Shown in pieces: positions 7,392 to 15,778 of a stretch of DNA of 35,514 nt. The notes beneath the pieces are model-generated. The model was not told the origin of the DNA, did no database searches, and worked only from the letters and a program-made list of their open reading frames with translations. The translations under genes were made by a program, and so were the position numbers. Numbering within the stretch: the first letter of the stretch is position 1; every line of letters starts with the position of its first letter. The stretch is from Acidobacteriota bacterium (GTDB taxonomy: Bacteria > Acidobacteriota > Thermoanaerobaculia > Multivoradales > JAHEKO01), in NCBI GenBank assembly GCA_029861655.1, contig JAOTZA010000001.1, forward strand, positions 1 to 35,514. Reading direction: 5' to 3'.

Positions 7392-9239
7392 GTGAACGCC
7401 CAACTCTGGCAACTTCTCGCACCGGTCGTTTTTGGAGCCGGCGCCGGCGGCGCGGTGGGTCTGGTGGCGGGCGTCTATTCAAGCGTTATGCGGATGGAGA
7501 TCGGCAAGGGCCTATCCTGGTTGGCTCTCGAAACGGTTCTTGATCAGGCCGAAGCCGGGCTGGCCGGGGGTGCGGTTTGCGCCATCGTGGGCTGGGTCCT
7601 GGCTCGCCGGGCGACGGAACCGTTGTCCCGAAAACGGTCCCAGGAATCCTCTCGGCCCGGCCCCTGGGTTGCTATGGGCCTCGTCGGCTTGCTCGGGGCC
7701 GGGTGGGTCCAGGAGGTTCTTTGGTCGGCGCCCGATGGACTGATGGGGCGCCTTGTGTTCTTTTTGCTGCCTGTAGCTACCGTCGTAGCGGCGCTAGCTG
7801 TCGTACTGGTGTCCGGTTGGATCATTCGGGCGATAGCGCGAGGAGACAGCCGATGGCGCCGCTTGGTGGCTGCCGGGGTTTTGGTGGTGGTTGCCGTACT
7901 GGGGCTCGGAGGCCTAGGAGCCGCTCATCGCTGGGCCTCACGCGACCGCCAGAACGTTCTTCTCGTGGTGGTCGACTGTCTGCGCGCTGATCGCCTGGGT
8001 ACCTATGGCTACGACGGCGCCACGTCTCCAGTTCTCGACCGGCTGGCCGGCGCATCGCTCCTCTTTGAGCAAGCCCACTCGACCGCGGCCTGGACCAAGC
8101 CGGCGATCGTCAGTGTCTTGACCGGTCTTTACCCGGCGCGCCATGGATCGGTCGATCCTTTCGATGTTCTTCCTCGCGTCGATGCCACGCTCCCCGAGCT
8201 TCTCGGCAACGCCGGGTACCAGACGGTCTTTCTCAATGGTGGCAACACGTTTGTCAGCCATGAGTTCGGGTTCGATGCGGTCTTTGGCGACTACGAGCTG
8301 CTCGACATGGGAGACGCTCGAGAGGTGGTGGATGCTTTTCGCGCGCGTGCGGCGGCGCTCCGCACGGGGCCGTTCTTTGCCTACCTGCACTTGATGGATG
8401 TGCATCTGCCCTATGGCACGGCCCCGCATGCCATGCGGATCTCGCAGTCGACCGCTCTGCGGGAAGAACTCCAGCCGGGCCGGATCAACGTCGGCACTGT
8501 CCGCGCCCTCAGCGAGAAAGGAGAGCTGAGCGCAATCGATCGAGAGTTGGTGGGACAGCTCTATGACGCACAGGTCCGGTTTGTGGACTCGCAGCTTGCG
8601 CGGCTCCTGGCTGTTCTCGGCGAAGCGGGTCTCGCCGACTCGACAACGGTAATCGTTACCGCCGACCACGGCGAAGAACTCTGGGAACACGGGAACTTCG
8701 AACACGGTCACACGCTCTACAACGAAATCACCCAGGTGCCGCTTCTGATCTTTGGGGCTGGAGTGCCGGCCGAGTATCGAGGGGAGCGCCGGGCGGAACC
8801 GGTGAGCCTGGTCGATCTGGCCCCGACGATTCTCGGCCTGGCTGGAGTCGCCCCCCGGGAGCGCTCGACCGACGGGCTCGGAGGACTCGACCTGCTTGTC
8901 GCGAGTCGTCGCGAGATGGCCAGACGCGGAGGAGTCTTCCTGTCGGGAACTCTCTACGGTTCCGAAAAGTTCGCGTTTCTCACCGCGGCAGGCAAGGCCA
9001 TTGTCACGTCCGGGCTCTCGGCAAAGAAGTTCTCACTCGTGGGTCCACGCTCGTTCGAGCAACGGGAATGGTACGCCGCAGCCGACACGACAGAGACCGA
9101 CAACCGGACAGCCGACGCCCCGTCTTCGATGTGGCAGAACCTCGGTGAGTACCGCGAGACCGAAGGTGCGCGGGTGGAGGAGACGGACCCCTCGGCGGCG
9201 GCGAGAGAGAAGCTCGAGGCGCTGGGATACTTGCAGTAA
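7392..9239 (+). CDS. Second membrane-anchored sulfatase-like transferase/hydrolase (tandem paralog)
   Basis: GTG start 6 nt after the previous stop. Multi-TM N-terminus, then NVLLVVVDCLRADRLG...STAAWTKPAIVSVLTG...VTADHGEEL..GHT. The nucleophile position is Thr and no CxPxR is present. The protein ends in LEALGYLQ. Confidence 0.8.
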   Translation: MNAQLWQLLAPVVFGAGAGGAVGLVAGVYSSVMRMEIGKGLSWLALETVLDQAEAGLAGGAVCAIVGWVLARRATEPLSRKRSQESSRPGPWVAMGLVGLLGAGWVQEVLWSAPDGLMGRLVFFLLPVATVVAALAVVLVSGWIIRAIARGDSRWRRLVAAGVLVVVAVLGLGGLGAAHRWASRDRQNVLLVVVDCLRADRLGTYGYDGATSPVLDRLAGASLLFEQAHSTAAWTKPAIVSVLTGLYPARHGSVDPFDVLPRVDATLPELLGNAGYQTVFLNGGNTFVSHEFGFDAVFGDYELLDMGDAREVVDAFRARAAALRTGPFFAYLHLMDVHLPYGTAPHAMRISQSTALREELQPGRINVGTVRALSEKGELSAIDRELVGQLYDAQVRFVDSQLARLLAVLGEAGLADSTTVIVTADHGEELWEHGNFEHGHTLYNEITQVPLLIFGAGVPAEYRGERRAEPVSLVDLAPTILGLAGVAPRERSTDGLGGLDLLVASRREMARRGGVFLSGTLYGSEKFAFLTAAGKAIVTSGLSAKKFSLVGPRSFEQREWYAAADTTETDNRTADAPSSMWQNLGEYRETEGARVEETDPSAAAREKLEALGYLQ

Positions 9240-10331
9240 ATGAGACGCCCTACGCTCGCCAACAAGTTGCTACTCGCAGCGATCAGCTTGGCCATCGGGT
9301 TGGGGGCCGGCGAGCTCTGGCTGCGAACCCGATCGACGGTCGAGCTCGGCTTCGACTACAGGGACGGCCAGTTTCTACGGGCGGTTCCGTTCGCGCGCGA
9401 TCTGACGTCGAACAGCTTTGGGTTTCACGACGTCGAGCCGTCGCCAAAGACTCCGGACGTCTTCCGAGTTCTTCTTGTGGGCGATTCCTATGTCGCGAGC
9501 CGCTCCGTGTCGATTCCGCAGAGCGTCGGCCGGAGACTGGAGTTTCATCTCAACAAAAACCGGGACTCCGCCGTCGATGTGACGTCGGTCGCGATGGAAG
9601 GCTGGGGTCAGGGGCAGGAACTCGCTGCCATCAAGAGATTGGGCGCCCGACTGGCGCCCGATCTGGTCGTCACCCTTTTTCTCTCGCTCAACGACGTGCG
9701 TAACAACTATCCCCCGCTGCAGGCAAAGGGCACCGAACAGCTGAGGCGGATGAAACACTTTCGGCCCGGCTGGTGGCGCTTGCACAAAAGCGACGCGCCG
9801 TTGTTCTGGTTGGAAAGCTCCGTGCTCAACCGGGTTCTTTCCCACCGGCTTGCCGTGTGGCTTTCGGGTCGGAGCGACCGGGAGATTCCCATCGATTACT
9901 TCGTCTACTCGGAGCAGGTCGACCCCGAATGGCAGCGTGCGTGGCAGGAGACAAAACGCCTGCTACTCGAGACACGGCAGCTGGCTCGGTCGTTGGGCGC
10001 CGTGTACGCGCTCGTTTCGGCCTCGACGCCGCAGGGCGTTCTCGGCCCGGATCAGGGCGTCGAGCGCCTCGTGGAGAGCTATCCGGCCATGAGGGAGCTG
10101 CCCTGGGATTTGGAGAGGGCGGACCACGAGCTCGGCCGTTTCTCGCAAGAGCATGGGATTCCGTTTCTGGCTTTGGAGCCGGCTTTTCGCCGCCTGACTC
10201 GAGAGCAAGGGGTAGAGCTTCATTGGCAGTTGGATGGGCACTGGAACATCGAGGGCAATGACCGAGCTGCCGATTTGATCGCCGCGTTTCTCCGCACTGA
10301 AGGTCTGACGCTTCGACCGGGGACACCATAG
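9240..10331 (+). CDS. SGNH/GDSL-like hydrolase or O-acyltransferase (AlgJ/AlgX-like)
   Basis: ATG lies immediately after the upstream TAA. It has an N-terminal TM anchor, block I VLLVGDSYV, and the C-terminal motif LDGHWNIEGN (DxHW-type, as in AlgJ/AlgX-family SGNH proteins). Confidence 0.65.
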   Translation: MRRPTLANKLLLAAISLAIGLGAGELWLRTRSTVELGFDYRDGQFLRAVPFARDLTSNSFGFHDVEPSPKTPDVFRVLLVGDSYVASRSVSIPQSVGRRLEFHLNKNRDSAVDVTSVAMEGWGQGQELAAIKRLGARLAPDLVVTLFLSLNDVRNNYPPLQAKGTEQLRRMKHFRPGWWRLHKSDAPLFWLESSVLNRVLSHRLAVWLSGRSDREIPIDYFVYSEQVDPEWQRAWQETKRLLLETRQLARSLGAVYALVSASTPQGVLGPDQGVERLVESYPAMRELPWDLERADHELGRFSQEHGIPFLALEPAFRRLTREQGVELHWQLDGHWNIEGNDRAADLIAAFLRTEGLTLRPGTP

Positions 10332-10350
10332 GCTCGTCGCGCCGCGCGGG

Positions 10351-12207
10351 TCACCGCTCGGACCCGGTCGTCCTGCGACGCCAAGTGGAGTTCAATACGC
10401 GTCCGAGCTCATGCGTGATCCGCTCATCTCGTGTCTGCAGAGCGGAGATGGCCTCGATGTCATCGCCGGCCAGAATCTGCGCCCGCTCGATTGCGACACG
10501 GGCTCGGCGTTCCTCTCCGTCCAACGCTTCGACCCAAGCGAGCCCCGCCCAGGCGCGCCAATCTTCCGGTCTCGCCGCGATCACCTGTTCGAACATCAAT
10601 CGAGCGGTTCCCTTCCGCCTTGCCCGGCCCATGAGCTCACCAAACTGGAGCTTGGCTTCGAGATCCTCCGGGTGCCGGTCCACAAACCCGAGCAGGCGCT
10701 CGATCTCCGGCTTGCTGTTCACGAGAGTGATTGCGTCCGCCTCCAGATTCTCGATGACGTCGTGCTCGGGATCGAGCCGCCGCACCGAGGCCAGGGTTTC
10801 GAGGCATTCCGCGTAGCGGCCGCGATAGAAGAGGGCCAACGAGTAGTTGGCCAGGCCACGAAGGTTGTCGGGCGCCCTTCGCGCGGTGTCCCCAAACAGG
10901 TCGACTTCACTTCCCCATACTGGAATGCGGGCGGAAGTTCCCGCAACAAGAGCCGCGACCAGAAGTAGGATGGTCAGCAGGAGTCGTCGGCGTCGGCTGG
11001 TCAGCTGGCCACCGTTTTCGCCCCACAATCGAGCTGCGGCCCAGCCTGCCAGAAGGGCCGGACCGATGAGAGGCAAGTACAGAAACCTCTCCGCAAAAAA
11101 CTGCATGGTCGGGACGAGGTTTGAGACCGGGAGAATACCGAAAAACCAGATTCCGATGGCGAGCGACACCATCGGATTCCGTCGCAAGGACACGACGGCT
11201 GCGGTCAGCAGACCCGCCACGACCAGCAGCGAGGCGATCTCGACAAAGCCGGGCTCGGTGGATACAGGGTAGCCCGAATAGTCCGCCAGCAACCCTCTTG
11301 GCCATACCACCAGCCACAACCCTCGCGCGGTTGCGCGGAGCTGGGTCCAAAGAAGCGCCGAGCCCGACGCGAGAGGGTCGGTGACTTGGGCCAGCGAGCC
11401 GACAACTCGACCCCGCACCGCCAGGTAGAGAAGGTCGAAAAGCAGTCCGATTCCGAGCAGAATCGCGACTGAAAGCCGTGTACTGCGGCGTCCGAGGAGG
11501 GACCGGTTTCGCAGACGAAGAGCGGTCCAGGCCACCAAGAAGACGATCGCAGGGTAGACAACACCGCTCTCCTTCGAGCTCAGCGCACCGAGGTGGCACA
11601 ACGCGAGCAGCGCCAGGCCCCACCCCGGCCAACGCCGCCAGTTGCCGCGCGCCGCTGCGGTCTGAGGCTCCGCCGACTGGTTGGCAAGCCGGATCGCGAG
11701 CGCACCGCCGAGAAGGCAGAATGTCGCGACGAGCAGATCATCGCCGCCCTTGACCCAGGCCACCCCCTCGGTCAGAAGTGGATGGGCTACCCACAGCGTT
11801 GCGGCAACGGTCGCCCCGAAACGGGCCGCCTCTCGCCCCAGCCCGGCGAGCAGGCCGACTCCAAGCCACCAAAGCAACAGCCCATTCAAGGCGTGGAGCA
11901 AGAAATTGACCAGGTGATAGCCACCCGGCCAGTCCTTCCACAGGGTGTACTCGAAAGCCCAGAGGACGTTGCGTAGCGGTCGATAGAGCCCGGGGTTTGT
12001 CTCCATCGAGGTGGCTGTCGTCCCGTCGAAGAAGAAGCGGGGTGCGTTCGCAAGACTTCGCACGGCGTCGTTGTCCGCCAGGAACATGAAGTCGTCCCAA
12101 ACGAACGGAAACGAGAGCGTGGGCAGATAGAGAAGGACCGCTAGGATCGGCGCTACGAGCGGAAGCCACCCTCGACGAGGTTTTACGATCTCGACGACTC
12201 GGCCCAT
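10351..12207 (-). CDS. GT-C fold PMT/TMTC-like glycosyltransferase with C-terminal TPR domain
   Basis: 618 aa. It has an N-terminal acidic motif in the first loop (PFVWDDFMFLADN), about 10 or more TM segments, and a C-terminal soluble TPR region (YYRGRYAECLETLASVRRLDPE..., ARLMFEQVIAARPEDWRAWAGLAWV). Confidence 0.7.
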   Translation of the reverse strand: MGRVVEIVKPRRGWLPLVAPILAVLLYLPTLSFPFVWDDFMFLADNDAVRSLANAPRFFFDGTTATSMETNPGLYRPLRNVLWAFEYTLWKDWPGGYHLVNFLLHALNGLLLWWLGVGLLAGLGREAARFGATVAATLWVAHPLLTEGVAWVKGGDDLLVATFCLLGGALAIRLANQSAEPQTAAARGNWRRWPGWGLALLALCHLGALSSKESGVVYPAIVFLVAWTALRLRNRSLLGRRSTRLSVAILLGIGLLFDLLYLAVRGRVVGSLAQVTDPLASGSALLWTQLRATARGLWLVVWPRGLLADYSGYPVSTEPGFVEIASLLVVAGLLTAAVVSLRRNPMVSLAIGIWFFGILPVSNLVPTMQFFAERFLYLPLIGPALLAGWAAARLWGENGGQLTSRRRRLLLTILLLVAALVAGTSARIPVWGSEVDLFGDTARRAPDNLRGLANYSLALFYRGRYAECLETLASVRRLDPEHDVIENLEADAITLVNSKPEIERLLGFVDRHPEDLEAKLQFGELMGRARRKGTARLMFEQVIAARPEDWRAWAGLAWVEALDGEERRARVAIERAQILAGDDIEAISALQTRDERITHELGRVLNSTWRRRTTGSER

Positions 12208-12360
12208 CGGCGGGAGTGTACTGGAGCGCTAGCGTCTCCCGGCCAGATTGTCGTCATCGCATGGCCCTTGTACCCCCTCGCGCTACGCAGAGCCAAACAC
12301 AAGAACTCCAAGCGCCATCGACAGCAGATCGCCGAGCTGGCCCGGTGGTCGGTCTCCGAC

Positions 12361-14100
12361 TCAGCCCAAATCAGACGCCGCCACCGGCAGTTCCACCACG
12401 GCCAGAGTCCCGCCGCCCTGGCGGTCTTCGAGCCGCAGCCGACCGCTGTGGAGGGTGACGATCCGATGGGCGAGCGAGAGGCCGAGACCGACACCATCGG
12501 GTCTGCCTGTCACAAAGGGCTCGAAGAGCCGCTCGCGGATCTCCTCGGGAATTCCCGCTCCGTGGTCCGCGATCTGTAAGATGACATCGTCGCCGTCACG
12601 CTCGAGGGCGACCTCCAGGGGGCCGCTTGATCTCACCTGACGCTCAGCTTCGGCCGCGTTGTGGAGCAGGTTGCGGATAGCCCGTTCCAGAAGCTGTGGA
12701 TCTCCCTGGATCGACGTCACACCCGGCGCCGAGGAGACCCTGACTTCGAGATCCGCCAGAGTCGGGTCGGCCGCGGCTCGCCGCGCCAGCGTCTCGAGAT
12801 CGAGCGCTTCCATCCGTGTGCTTCCGGGGCGCGCAAAGGTGAGAAAATCTTCGAGCACCCGCTGGAGATGATCGCTCTCGCGGCGGAGATCGGTCAGGTA
12901 CTCGCGCAGCGAATCTTCGTCTGGTTTTCTCTCGGCCAGCGCCAGATAGCCTCGAATCGTCGCCAGACCGTTGCGCATTTCGTGGGCTACGCCAGCGGCC
13001 AGCTCACTCACCTGGGTGAGGCTGACGGAGATTCTTTCCTCACGGGCTTTCTGGCGGATCTCGGTGAGATCGGCAAAGAGCATGAGGTGGCCGCGCGGCG
13101 GCGCGCCGTCTCTCTTCAAAGGATAGAGAGTCAGGCCAAGGGGTCGCGACTCGCCATGCGCCGTGATTTCGATTTCTTGTCTTTTCGCCGCTTCCGAGCT
13201 CTTGGCCGCACTCGAGATCAAGTCGAACAACTGTGGATGCGGCGCCAGGAACTCCCGTAGGGGAACGTCCGGCGCTTCCGGCGCTTCGAGGCCGAGAAGT
13301 TCGGCGCCGGCCGGGTTGAGAGCCAGGACTTCGGCTTCTCGACCGATCAGAAGAAGACCGCTCTCGAGGCTCGGCCCCAGAATCCCTTCGAGGGCGGCGA
13401 TCTCGTCGGACTCCGAGCGGCCCGCAAGGGCCTCGAGGGCCCTCTCGAAGGAGGAGACGAGAAAGGCCGTCTCGTCTTCGGAATACTCGTCACGCGGTCG
13501 AACTCTCTGGGCATGAGCCAACAACTGGTCCCAGGGTGCCAGCAGGTGACGAAGAAAGAACATCAACAGCAGGGCCAGGCTGCCGTTGGCCACCGAGACC
13601 ACCCATGTCAGTACCCACAGCCGGCTCTGCTCACCCATGAGCCGAGCGCTGTCGAGCTCGACCTGCACCAAGAGCCGCTGACTCTGCCGCAGAAACGGTG
13701 CCAGCGCCACGATCCGGCCCGCAGGCGATACGTCCGGCTCCAGCACCACGGGTTCCTCCAGAGCGCTAGCGTCGAGTTCGAAGCTCACTCCCGCGGTTCT
13801 CGACACCGTCTCGACCAGAACCTGGAGCGAGGGACCGAGGACGGCGATCCGCGCGGCGTGCGGCGCCCGCCACCGCAGCTCAGCGGCGACGGGAACGGCA
13901 CCCCCCGCGATCGATTCGGCGATTTCGCGGGCCAGCAGCTTCGCTTCCGCTCGTCTTTCGTCTGCCAGGATGTGGACGCTGTTGCGGTAGGACAAAAGCG
14001 TAAAGGTCGACAGCAGGACCATCAGCAGCAGCACGACCGGAAGGAGAATCAAGATCTCGCGGCGCAGGCCGAGTCGGAACCGCTGCGTCGGCCGGCTCAT
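12361..14100 (-). CDS. Sensor histidine kinase (2 TM, periplasmic domain, PAS, HisKA, HATPase)
   Basis: The start is placed at ATG 14100, an ATGA overlap with the prepilin peptidase stop. The 14101-14664 extension of the listed ORF overlaps pilD. It has an H-box (AAGVAHEMRNGLATIRGY), N-box (LLHNAAEA), G1 (DHGAGI) and G2 (GVGLGLS). Confidence 0.85.
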   Translation of the reverse strand: MSRPTQRFRLGLRREILILLPVVLLLMVLLSTFTLLSYRNSVHILADERRAEAKLLAREIAESIAGGAVPVAAELRWRAPHAARIAVLGPSLQVLVETVSRTAGVSFELDASALEEPVVLEPDVSPAGRIVALAPFLRQSQRLLVQVELDSARLMGEQSRLWVLTWVVSVANGSLALLLMFFLRHLLAPWDQLLAHAQRVRPRDEYSEDETAFLVSSFERALEALAGRSESDEIAALEGILGPSLESGLLLIGREAEVLALNPAGAELLGLEAPEAPDVPLREFLAPHPQLFDLISSAAKSSEAAKRQEIEITAHGESRPLGLTLYPLKRDGAPPRGHLMLFADLTEIRQKAREERISVSLTQVSELAAGVAHEMRNGLATIRGYLALAERKPDEDSLREYLTDLRRESDHLQRVLEDFLTFARPGSTRMEALDLETLARRAAADPTLADLEVRVSSAPGVTSIQGDPQLLERAIRNLLHNAAEAERQVRSSGPLEVALERDGDDVILQIADHGAGIPEEIRERLFEPFVTGRPDGVGLGLSLAHRIVTLHSGRLRLEDRQGGGTLAVVELPVAASDLG

Positions 14101-14867
14101 AGGAGACGGGAATAGAACTCGATCCAATGCCGGCCGAAGAAGAGGGCCAGGAGTGCCCCAACGGCCAGAAACACACCGAACGGTAGGCGCGACCGGGCCT
14201 CGAGCTTGCCCGGAATCATCAGGATGAGCCCCGTAAATGCCCCCAGGAGCGCGCCTGCTGCCAGCGTTACGGCGGCGCCTTTCCATCCGAGAAAGGCCCC
14301 GATCATGGCCAGCATGTTGACGTCGCCAAGACCCATTCCCTCCTCTTCGCGCAACCAGTACCAGAAGTTGATCAAGAGAATAAGCGCTCCTGCCCCGATC
14401 AGGACCCCGAGCACCGCTTCGAGGATCGTCGCATCGGGAAGGTAGGGTTGCAGGGCGAGCCCGACAAAGATCCCGGGCAGTGTGATCTTGTCGGGAAGAA
14501 GAAAATGTTCGGCGTCGATCGCCGCCAGCGCCACCAGCAGGGCGCAGAAGATCGCCGCCGCCGCCGCTTCGAAGCTTGGGCCAAAACGGGCGATGCAGGC
14601 CACAAACAGAGCGGCCGTCAGGGCTTCGATCAGTGGGTAGCGCCACGAGATGGGAGCGCTGCACCTACGGCAACGTCCGCGGAGCAGCAAGTAGCTCAGG
14701 AGTGGCAGGTTGTCGTGAGCGCGGATCGCCGAGCCACAGTAGGGGCAGCCCGATGTGGGTGACACGGTCGATCGCCCGCGAGGCAGCCGATGGATGACGA
14801 CGTTCAGAAAGCTGCCGACGATCAGGCCGAGCGCCAGGGCCGGGAGATAGAAATAGAGCTCAAACAC
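14097..14867 (-). CDS. pilD: Prepilin peptidase / N-methyltransferase (A24 family)
   Basis: It has GSFLNVVIHRLP, Cys pairs CPYCGSAI...CRRCSAPISWRYPLIE, and catalytic Asp contexts AAIDAEHFLLPD and GLGDVNMLAMIG. Confidence 0.9.
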   Translation of the reverse strand: MFELYFYLPALALGLIVGSFLNVVIHRLPRGRSTVSPTSGCPYCGSAIRAHDNLPLLSYLLLRGRCRRCSAPISWRYPLIEALTAALFVACIARFGPSFEAAAAAIFCALLVALAAIDAEHFLLPDKITLPGIFVGLALQPYLPDATILEAVLGVLIGAGALILLINFWYWLREEEGMGLGDVNMLAMIGAFLGWKGAAVTLAAGALLGAFTGLILMIPGKLEARSRLPFGVFLAVGALLALFFGRHWIEFYSRLL

Positions 14868-14910
14868 GGGTCGAATCGATTCTAGTGGACCGTAGCGAGC
14901 CGCAGGTTCT

Positions 14911-14948
14911 CAAAACACAAAAAAAGGCGCCGCGTAAGCGGCGCCTTT
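14911..14948 (-). terminator. Rho-independent terminator downstream of the pilin gene
   Basis: On the minus strand, the stem GGCGCCGC, loop TTAC and stem GCGGCGCC (14926-14945, extendable with A:T pairs) are followed by TTTTTTTGTGTTTTG. It starts 34 nt after the pilin stop. Confidence 0.8.
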
Positions 14949-14981
14949 GGTTACTGTCTCAGAAGATTCTGGGCAGTTTGC

Positions 14982-15608
14982 TTACTTGCAGGTGGGCCCG
15001 GCTTCCAAGGGCGTCCCCCCACCCTGGGCGTCGATGAACGTCTTGCCCGCCGGGTAGTGGATGAACTCGCCATCGACCCACACGATGTCGCATAGGGTTC
15101 GGAACGCCAGGTACGCGCCGATGTCGTACGTGTTGCCGTCCGCTATGCCCACCTTAGAGGTACCGCCTGGCGGGGGCTGGCCGTAGCTGCGGATGCCCAT
15201 GACATTCGCATCAAACAGGTTAGCCGCGACAGCGAAGTCGTAGTTGGTTCCCCAAGCATCGACCTGTGGGACGGCCTGGATGTACTCGGGGAGGTCGCCA
15301 CCTACGCCGCCTTGGACGAGGTCCCGCACGATATTGGGGTGCGTTTTGACGGTGATCGATGTCCAGGTGAGCGTCTCGAGGGTTACGCCCGCGGCCGCGG
15401 CGCCGACCTGGTCGGTGTACCAGTGGTACAACGCGGAACCGATGTTGCGCTCATCGGCCATGGTGCGCTTCTGCTTGGCCTTCTGGAGCGCCTCGATCAA
15501 GTTCGGGATGAGCATGGCGGCGATGATTCCGATGATCGCGACCACGATGAGGAGCTCGATCAGGGTGAAACCCTTCTGGCCCCGGCGACGGTTGAATCTT
15601 TGCATCAT
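14982..15608 (-). CDS. Type IV pilin / prepilin-type N-terminal cleavage-methylation protein
   Basis: The start is placed at ATGATG 15608, preceded by AAGGAG at a spacing of 8 nt. The leader MMQRFNRRRGQKG is followed by FTLIELLIVVAIIGIIAAMLIP (Gly-1, Phe+1, Glu+5). A C-terminal Cys pair (..TLCDIVW...GPTCK) is present. The 15609-15782 extension in the ORF track is not supported. Confidence 0.9.
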   Translation of the reverse strand: MMQRFNRRRGQKGFTLIELLIVVAIIGIIAAMLIPNLIEALQKAKQKRTMADERNIGSALYHWYTDQVGAAAAGVTLETLTWTSITVKTHPNIVRDLVQGGVGGDLPEYIQAVPQVDAWGTNYDFAVAANLFDANVMGIRSYGQPPPGGTSKVGIADGNTYDIGAYLAFRTLCDIVWVDGEFIHYPAGKTFIDAQGGGTPLEAGPTCK

Positions 15609-15677
15609 GTTTCTTTCTCCTTTGCGGTTTTCCGAAACTCTTGTCCCCTCGTCCGAGGGCATTACGGGAGAAGGTTC

Positions 15678-15694
15678 AGCAGGATGTGTGCCAA
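15678..15694 (-). promoter_or_regulatory. Sigma-54 (-24/-12) promoter for the pilin gene
   Basis: The minus strand reads TTGGCACACATCCTGCT, that is TGGCAC-N5-CTGC with correct GG/GC spacing against the consensus TGGCAC-N5-TTGC. It sits about 70 nt upstream of the pilin ATG. An NtrC-type activator is encoded in the window. Confidence 0.65.
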
Positions 15695-15778
15695 GCTCGA
15701 AAACCGACAAAACCGAATGGAAGGAGCGCTTTTTTGACCGAAACCGGACGGGATTTGCCAGCCGGGTGCCGTAGATTG

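Noticed and set aside
13688-13703. A second sigma-54-like motif on the minus strand (TGGCAC-CGTTT-CTGCG).
   Set aside because: It lies deep inside the histidine-kinase coding sequence, with no gene start downstream of it. It is most likely a chance match in GC-rich DNA.
14101-14664. 5' extension of the histidine-kinase ORF (the track lists 12361..14664, 767 aa).
   Set aside because: It overlaps pilD out of frame with Arg/Gly-rich nonsense-like sequence. ATG 14100 gives a normal N-terminus (basic stretch followed by a TM segment) and an ATGA junction with pilD.
14873-14882. A perfect 10-bp palindrome, GAATCGATTC, 6 nt upstream of the pilD GTG start.
   Set aside because: Perfect 10-bp palindromes are expected dozens of times by chance in 35 kb. 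There is no second copy or flanking symmetry to suggest an operator.
15721-15736. AGCGCT followed by TTTTTT on the plus strand, which looks terminator-like.
   Set aside because: The stem is only 3 bp per arm. No plus-strand gene ends upstream of it, and it sits in the pilin upstream regulatory region on the opposite strand.
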